NCBI GenBank assembly: GCA_913041945.1
Contig: CAJWIT010000004.1
Span: forward strand, 568-64,567
Reading direction: 5' to 3'
DNA from: an uncultured Fidelibacterota bacterium
Lineage (GTDB): Bacteria; Fidelibacterota; Marinisomatia; Marinisomatales; UBA8229
DNA: 64,000 nucleotides
A model generated the notes under the pieces. It was not told where the DNA came from. It saw only the letters and a list, made by a program, of their open reading frames with translations, and made no database searches. Both the position numbers and the translations under genes were made by a program. Positions 59,508 to 64,000 of this stretch are shown one piece after another (positions within the stretch are counted from its first letter, which is position 1; each line of letters opens with the position of its first letter).

Positions 59508-61107
59508 TTAATTTTTTTCTCAAAACTGCATTATTTGGATCTATTTCCAAAGCTTTTCGAAAATAGCGAATTGCCTCTTCGATTTCCGCATTTTTTATTA
59601 ATACATCACCAAAATGTTCGAGAACTACTGCATTGGTATCTTCAATTTCAACAGATTTTCTGATATAGGCCAATGCGCTGTCAATATTTCCTATTTTAAA
59701 ATGGATCCAGCCATATGTATCAAGATAAGCCGAGCTCTTCGGAGAAAGAGATATCGCTTTTTTGGACATTGCAAGTGCAATATCTAATTTTTCCCCGCGT
59801 TCAACCAAGCTATAGGAATAATTGTTGAGTGCCTGAGCATCAGTACTATCTAAATGAATCAATTCATTATAAATGCTGTCAGATTGTGACCATTGGATTG
59901 TTTTATCATAAATAATAGCAAGGGAATGAAGAACATTTCTCGATTTTGGATTAATGGCCAAAGCGTGTTTGAAAAATTGCTCCGCCATCTCATAATTATT
60001 ATCCAAATTATAACTCAAACCTAGCAAATATTGAATGGTAAATTCCTTTAGAAATATATCTGCCTGCTTTGAAAGAATTTGAATAACTCTCTCATGATTA
60101 TTCTGAATAAGCAGAGCAAGTGAAGCGTTAATATAACCTCTGGGTTCACCAGGATGAAAATAGATCATTTGATCTGCAAAATATTGGGCTTTCTCTATAT
60201 GTTCTTCTTCCCTGTTGATCTGTGATAGAAAATGAAGAGCTAAAATATTCAAACTATCCAACTCGTACACCTGCCTAAATACTTTCAATGCTGAATCAGG
60301 ATGATTTATTTCATAATACCATAAACCAATTTGATTGAGTACATCCGCTGATGGTCCTTCCAAATCGGCAATTTGTTTCAACGCCTTTATTCCCTCTTTT
60401 TTATCACCATTCGTGATAGCAATATCCGCATAGTTTTCAAGATATTGGATGTTGGATTTGTCTTCCAGAGTCATCCGTTTTATAATAAACTGTGCCAAGT
60501 CAAATCGTTTGATTTTCAAGGCTATTTCTGCTGCTTTTTTAAGAGACTCAATCCTATGAGGATCTAAATCAAATGCTTTTTGGTAATAATGAATTGCTTC
60601 CTCAAACTGATGTTGCAATTTAGCCAACTCTGCAAGAACTATTATATTTTCCACATTTTCTGGATCAGATTCAGCCAAAATCTTATATTGTTCCTTAGCT
60701 CTGTCAAACATTTGACGATTGATAAATTGATGAGCTAAAATGTTTCTTGCTTCGGTATCGTCCGGATTTAAATATATTGCTCTCTCAAGGTGAAAAACAG
60801 CGCGATCCGGTTTTTCAAGTGCCCAAAAACACTCTCCAAGGGAAATATGGATTGTACTAACATCCGGATCAAACCTCAGGGCTTCCTGAAACTCAGTCAC
60901 TGCCATAGGATAATTTCCCTGACTCATATAAAGCTGTCCATCCATAAAATGCTGGAGAGCTTCAGGATTGACAGTAGTTTCTTCTTTTCCCTGATCGATT
61001 GGTGGTAAATCTGAGGGCGAAACTTTTGAACCCGAATGACAGGATAATCCAAGCAAAATCAAAATAAGCAAAATCAAATTTTGATACATACGAATCACAC
61101 TATTCAA
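59497..61107 (-). CDS. Tetratricopeptide-repeat lipoprotein
   Basis: 536 aa with signal ...LLGLSC and many 34-aa TPR-like units (A..YY.KAL.LDP pattern). Confidence 0.85.
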   Translation of the reverse strand: MNSVIRMYQNLILLILILLGLSCHSGSKVSPSDLPPIDQGKEETTVNPEALQHFMDGQLYMSQGNYPMAVTEFQEALRFDPDVSTIHISLGECFWALEKPDRAVFHLERAIYLNPDDTEARNILAHQFINRQMFDRAKEQYKILAESDPENVENIIVLAELAKLQHQFEEAIHYYQKAFDLDPHRIESLKKAAEIALKIKRFDLAQFIIKRMTLEDKSNIQYLENYADIAITNGDKKEGIKALKQIADLEGPSADVLNQIGLWYYEINHPDSALKVFRQVYELDSLNILALHFLSQINREEEHIEKAQYFADQMIYFHPGEPRGYINASLALLIQNNHERVIQILSKQADIFLKEFTIQYLLGLSYNLDNNYEMAEQFFKHALAINPKSRNVLHSLAIIYDKTIQWSQSDSIYNELIHLDSTDAQALNNYSYSLVERGEKLDIALAMSKKAISLSPKSSAYLDTYGWIHFKIGNIDSALAYIRKSVEIEDTNAVVLEHFGDVLIKNAEIEEAIRYFRKALEIDPNNAVLRKKLSEL

Positions 61108-61190
61108 ACCTACTAATTCCCATTATTTTTTCAGTAACAATACAAATTGGTATCATATCAGTTTAAAAAAAGTAAAATAATTCCTCATAA

Positions 61191-62891
61191 TTACGCATAA
61201 ACTTCTACCGTATTCCCACCCAGTTTCTTTGCTTTATACATTGCTTTGTCTGCTTTTTCAATCAGTATTTTGATATTATCTGAGTCCTTTGGAAATTCGG
61301 CCATCCCCGCACTAATTGTCATTTTTTCATCAACCCCGTCCAAACTGAAATTAAATTTTTCAATATTATTAACAATTCGCTGAGTAACTGCTAAAGAATG
61401 TGTTTGGTCAGTATCTACCAATATAATCGTATATTCTTCACCGCCGTACCGGGCCACAACATCAACATTTCTGACGCTATTTTGTAGAATCTTGCCAACC
61501 TGTTTGATAACATAATCTCCATAGAGGTGTCCATGAGTATCATTGATCCGTTTAAATTTATCCAAATCGAGTACAACCAGAACATGTTTCTGCTGGAAAC
61601 GAATAGCACGTCTCACTTCATCTTCAAATCTATTCATAAATGCGCGGTGGTTCAATAATCCCGTTAACCCATCATGGATAGCACTTTCATACATTTCACG
61701 ATATCCTTCCTGCCAGGATAAAAAATGACCTACTGTAAATGCTAAATGTTCCATGAGCCTTTCATCCGAACTGCTATATGATCGGGATGTTAATCGTTCA
61801 AGTGCTATGCTACCGATTGATATTTTTTTCATTAAGATTGGAACAATTAAAACTGCAGAAAAATTTATGTTGAAATCTTCATCTTTTCTAAATCTTCCCA
61901 TTTCAGGATAATCATTTTCCCAATATCGTGAACGGATTTTGATGCCATCTTTTATTACCTTGCCATGTAGGGAAAAATCCAAAGAAAAGGTATCACCTGC
62001 ATCCACATCTTCCGTGATTCCATCTACCAATTTGACAATAGGTAAATTGTCAGACGAATCTACCATTGCAATTGTGAATTTATCATATGAAAAAAGCGAA
62101 TGACATAAGGTTTGAATGGAATCATATAAAACTTCCTCATCTGAAAAGATATCTACTGTATTAAAAAGATCAAAAATCCGGTCTTGATAACTATTATCAG
62201 CTAATAACTCTTCAATTTTTTCGATCTTTGCAATCCCCAGAGAAAGTAAATCCCCAAGATTAAATAAAATTTCACGATCCCTTTCCTGCGTTTTGCTGAA
62301 ATGATCAACAGTCATTAAAAGACACCCAACTGAAACATCCTTATTGACTATCCGTATCCCCAATATACATTCACTGCCTCTCCAGGTTCTTTCAGAAAAC
62401 AATTGTGTCCAACTATCACGGTTCTTGTTATATTGAAAAACCTGTACTTCCTTTTGCTTAAGAATTGTCGTCAATATCTCCTGATCATGAGGAACAAATC
62501 CTGAAAATTCGTTGGAAGTGGCACTTTGGAGTGCAAACCCATTCTTGTCATGATCAATGATATAAGCTGCTCCCTGGTAGTCCGGATTTATTGAACGAAT
62601 TGTATTAAAGATTGAATGAAGCAAATATTTATAACGATCCTGAAGTTCATCATCACTCTCAGAATTCTTTGGTGAATCAACTTGTTTCAGTTCATCGCCC
62701 ATCAATTTCCCAGAATAATTTTTCTTTTGCGAAGTAATAAACAAAATGAAAGCCCAAATAACACAGATTAAAACTAATCCTCTAAAAAAGTGGAGATAAA
62801 ATCCCCCCTCTTCAGGGGAGATGACTATACTTAAAATGAAAACTGTCACAGCAGACAGAAGAATTGCCGTAGATTTATTTTGAAAATTCAT
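61191..62891 (-). CDS. Diguanylate cyclase (GGDEF domain) with N-terminal TM segments and GAF-like sensor region
   Basis: 566 aa with DGLTGLLNHRAF, DLDKFKRINDTHGH and RNVDVVARYGGEEY. The RxxD I-site is present; the active-site motif reads GGEEY rather than GGEEF. Confidence 0.88.
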   Translation of the reverse strand: MNFQNKSTAILLSAVTVFILSIVISPEEGGFYLHFFRGLVLICVIWAFILFITSQKKNYSGKLMGDELKQVDSPKNSESDDELQDRYKYLLHSIFNTIRSINPDYQGAAYIIDHDKNGFALQSATSNEFSGFVPHDQEILTTILKQKEVQVFQYNKNRDSWTQLFSERTWRGSECILGIRIVNKDVSVGCLLMTVDHFSKTQERDREILFNLGDLLSLGIAKIEKIEELLADNSYQDRIFDLFNTVDIFSDEEVLYDSIQTLCHSLFSYDKFTIAMVDSSDNLPIVKLVDGITEDVDAGDTFSLDFSLHGKVIKDGIKIRSRYWENDYPEMGRFRKDEDFNINFSAVLIVPILMKKISIGSIALERLTSRSYSSSDERLMEHLAFTVGHFLSWQEGYREMYESAIHDGLTGLLNHRAFMNRFEDEVRRAIRFQQKHVLVVLDLDKFKRINDTHGHLYGDYVIKQVGKILQNSVRNVDVVARYGGEEYTIILVDTDQTHSLAVTQRIVNNIEKFNFSLDGVDEKMTISAGMAEFPKDSDNIKILIEKADKAMYKAKKLGGNTVEVYA

Positions 62892-62957
62892 TCCAGAAAA
62901 AAATCCCTACTAAAACTTACGTAAACAGCAGGGATAAAAAAATCAGATTGTTTTTAA

Positions 62958-63503
62958 TTATTTTTGATCTTTTACAAACGTAGCACCTCTTTTATCCAGA
63001 TCGAATGGTGCTTTCGCATCCTGGTCTTTAATTGCACTTGAATCCTGTTCCAATGTAACCATTTCATCCTTTTTAATATCAGGAGGAACGGGGTCAGGTA
63101 AGTCTTGGGGAAAACTTAGCTCAATATTTGGTTGAGCTGTTGGTATTGTTATCCCATTCGTTGGCAATAATTCCATTCCAACGAAAATAAGACCAACAAG
63201 CACCACAACCATCATTCCCAAATGGAAAGGTGCAAATCCCAGGTAAGTCCTTTTCTCAGGGGATTGTAGTGAAGGACGATTTTTCTCTGCCTCAATCCTC
63301 TGTTGAAGTTTCCCCATGAAATCGGGAGAAGCTTTAATTTCCGACATGGATTTCATTGAATCCATAAGTTCACGGACGGAATCAACCAATTCTTCCCCAC
63401 TGGAATGAGCTTTTAAGTACTCTTCGAATTCTTTCCGTTTCGAAGGGCTTAAGTTATTTTCTATATAATCGGATAAACAATCTTCAAACTGATAACGATC
63501 CAT
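62958..63503 (-). CDS. Putative anti-sigma factor (single-pass membrane protein)
   Basis: 181 aa. The N-terminal FEDCLSDYIENNLSPSKRKEFEEYLKAH resembles the anti-sigma N-terminal helix region. It has one central TM segment and sits directly downstream of an ECF sigma gene. Confidence 0.5.
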   Translation of the reverse strand: MDRYQFEDCLSDYIENNLSPSKRKEFEEYLKAHSSGEELVDSVRELMDSMKSMSEIKASPDFMGKLQQRIEAEKNRPSLQSPEKRTYLGFAPFHLGMMVVVLVGLIFVGMELLPTNGITIPTAQPNIELSFPQDLPDPVPPDIKKDEMVTLEQDSSAIKDQDAKAPFDLDKRGATFVKDQK

Positions 63504-63534
63504 CGATATAGTGTACTCCTCATTTATGTTAATA

Positions 63535-64000
63535 TTATTCTTTTAATTTACTTTTCAATTGCTGACGTGCACGATTAATACGCGACTTCACAGTCCCTAA
63601 AGGAACGTCAAGTATTTTACTAATGTCTTCATAGGAAAGTTCCTGAATATCTCGCAAAATGACGGGACTCCTAAAATGAACCGGTAATGATTGGAGCGCA
63701 TTCTGAATTTTTTGTTCTGAAAATTGGACATGAACACCAATATCGGGTTCTTGTTCCAAGTCTGGAATCTCATACACTTTATCCTCTTTACCCATGTGGC
63801 TCAGTTGAATAGTTTTCCGCCGTTTCCGTTTCCTCAACTCGGTTTTAGCATAGTTACCTGCAATAGTATAAATCCATGTGGATACTTTCGCTATCTCCTT
63901 GTAATAATGCCGGTGAGTAAAAACTTTTGCAAGAGTCTCCTGCACAATATCTTCGGCCTGTTCCATATCATTCACAAATCTATAGATGAAATTCATTAAA
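63535..64000 (-). CDS. ECF-type RNA polymerase sigma-70 factor (N-terminus probably beyond the window edge)
   Basis: Region 2 (AEDIVQETLAKVF, WIYTIAGNYA) and region 4 (LSYEDISKILDVPLGTVKSRINRARQQLK). Confidence 0.88.
   Translation of the reverse strand, partial: LMNFIYRFVNDMEQAEDIVQETLAKVFTHRHYYKEIAKVSTWIYTIAGNYAKTELRKRKRRKTIQLSHMGKEDKVYEIPDLEQEPDIGVHVQFSEQKIQNALQSLPVHFRSPVILRDIQELSYEDISKILDVPLGTVKSRINRARQQLKSKLKE

Noticed and set aside
1-64000. CRISPR arrays, tRNA/rRNA genes, IS elements/transposases, prophage or toxin-antitoxin modules
   Set aside because: Reading all intergenic gaps larger than 50 bp, I found no regularly spaced repeats, cloverleaf-like tRNA sequences, transposase-like ORFs or small paired ORFs. 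Their absence rests on inspection by eye only.

Overview
This is a bacterial chromosomal segment with about 52 protein genes, almost all on the minus strand. Hand-counted GC is roughly 37-48% in core genes. Gene content and order suggest an uncultured diderm of the FCB-superphylum type, for example the ileS-traR-lspA-rluD run, the relaxed lipoboxes, and the LptF/G and Omp85-like genes. That placement is inference only. Most of the window is housekeeping. It holds a complete activated-methyl-cycle cluster (metH, an MBL hydrolase, a long eukaryote-type MTHFR, metK, ahcY). It also holds ileS, htrA, a thiol-redox pair (tlpA/dsbD), pyrE/pyrF, hflX, fmt/def/yajC and arfB/mpg. A roughly 17 kb one-directional surface-polysaccharide region (46992-64000) is preceded by ECF sigma, anti-sigma and diguanylate cyclase genes. 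I saw no rRNA, tRNA, CRISPR array, transposase or phage genes. The most unusual structure lies between yyaL and hflX (37.8-39.05 kb). Two near-identical imperfect inverted-repeat elements each sit directly after an ORF stop codon. Each has the architecture of an integron attC site: TTCTAAC...GTTAGAA or GTTAAAC ends, an unpaired spacer, an inner helix with one bulged base, and a variable centre. They bracket a promoterless RDD/zinc-ribbon gene. I read this as a small integron-type gene-cassette array with no integrase in the window. Other points worth follow-up: an attenuator-type leader on metH and a structured leader on metK; a two-domain eukaryote-like MTHFR; a single-gene GC-rich island carrying an SSF transporter; an M1 metallopeptidase fused to an Omp85-like C-terminal region; and a GT2 plus YfhO-like pair inside the polysaccharide locus. 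All functional calls rest on motif recognition by eye. No database search was run.
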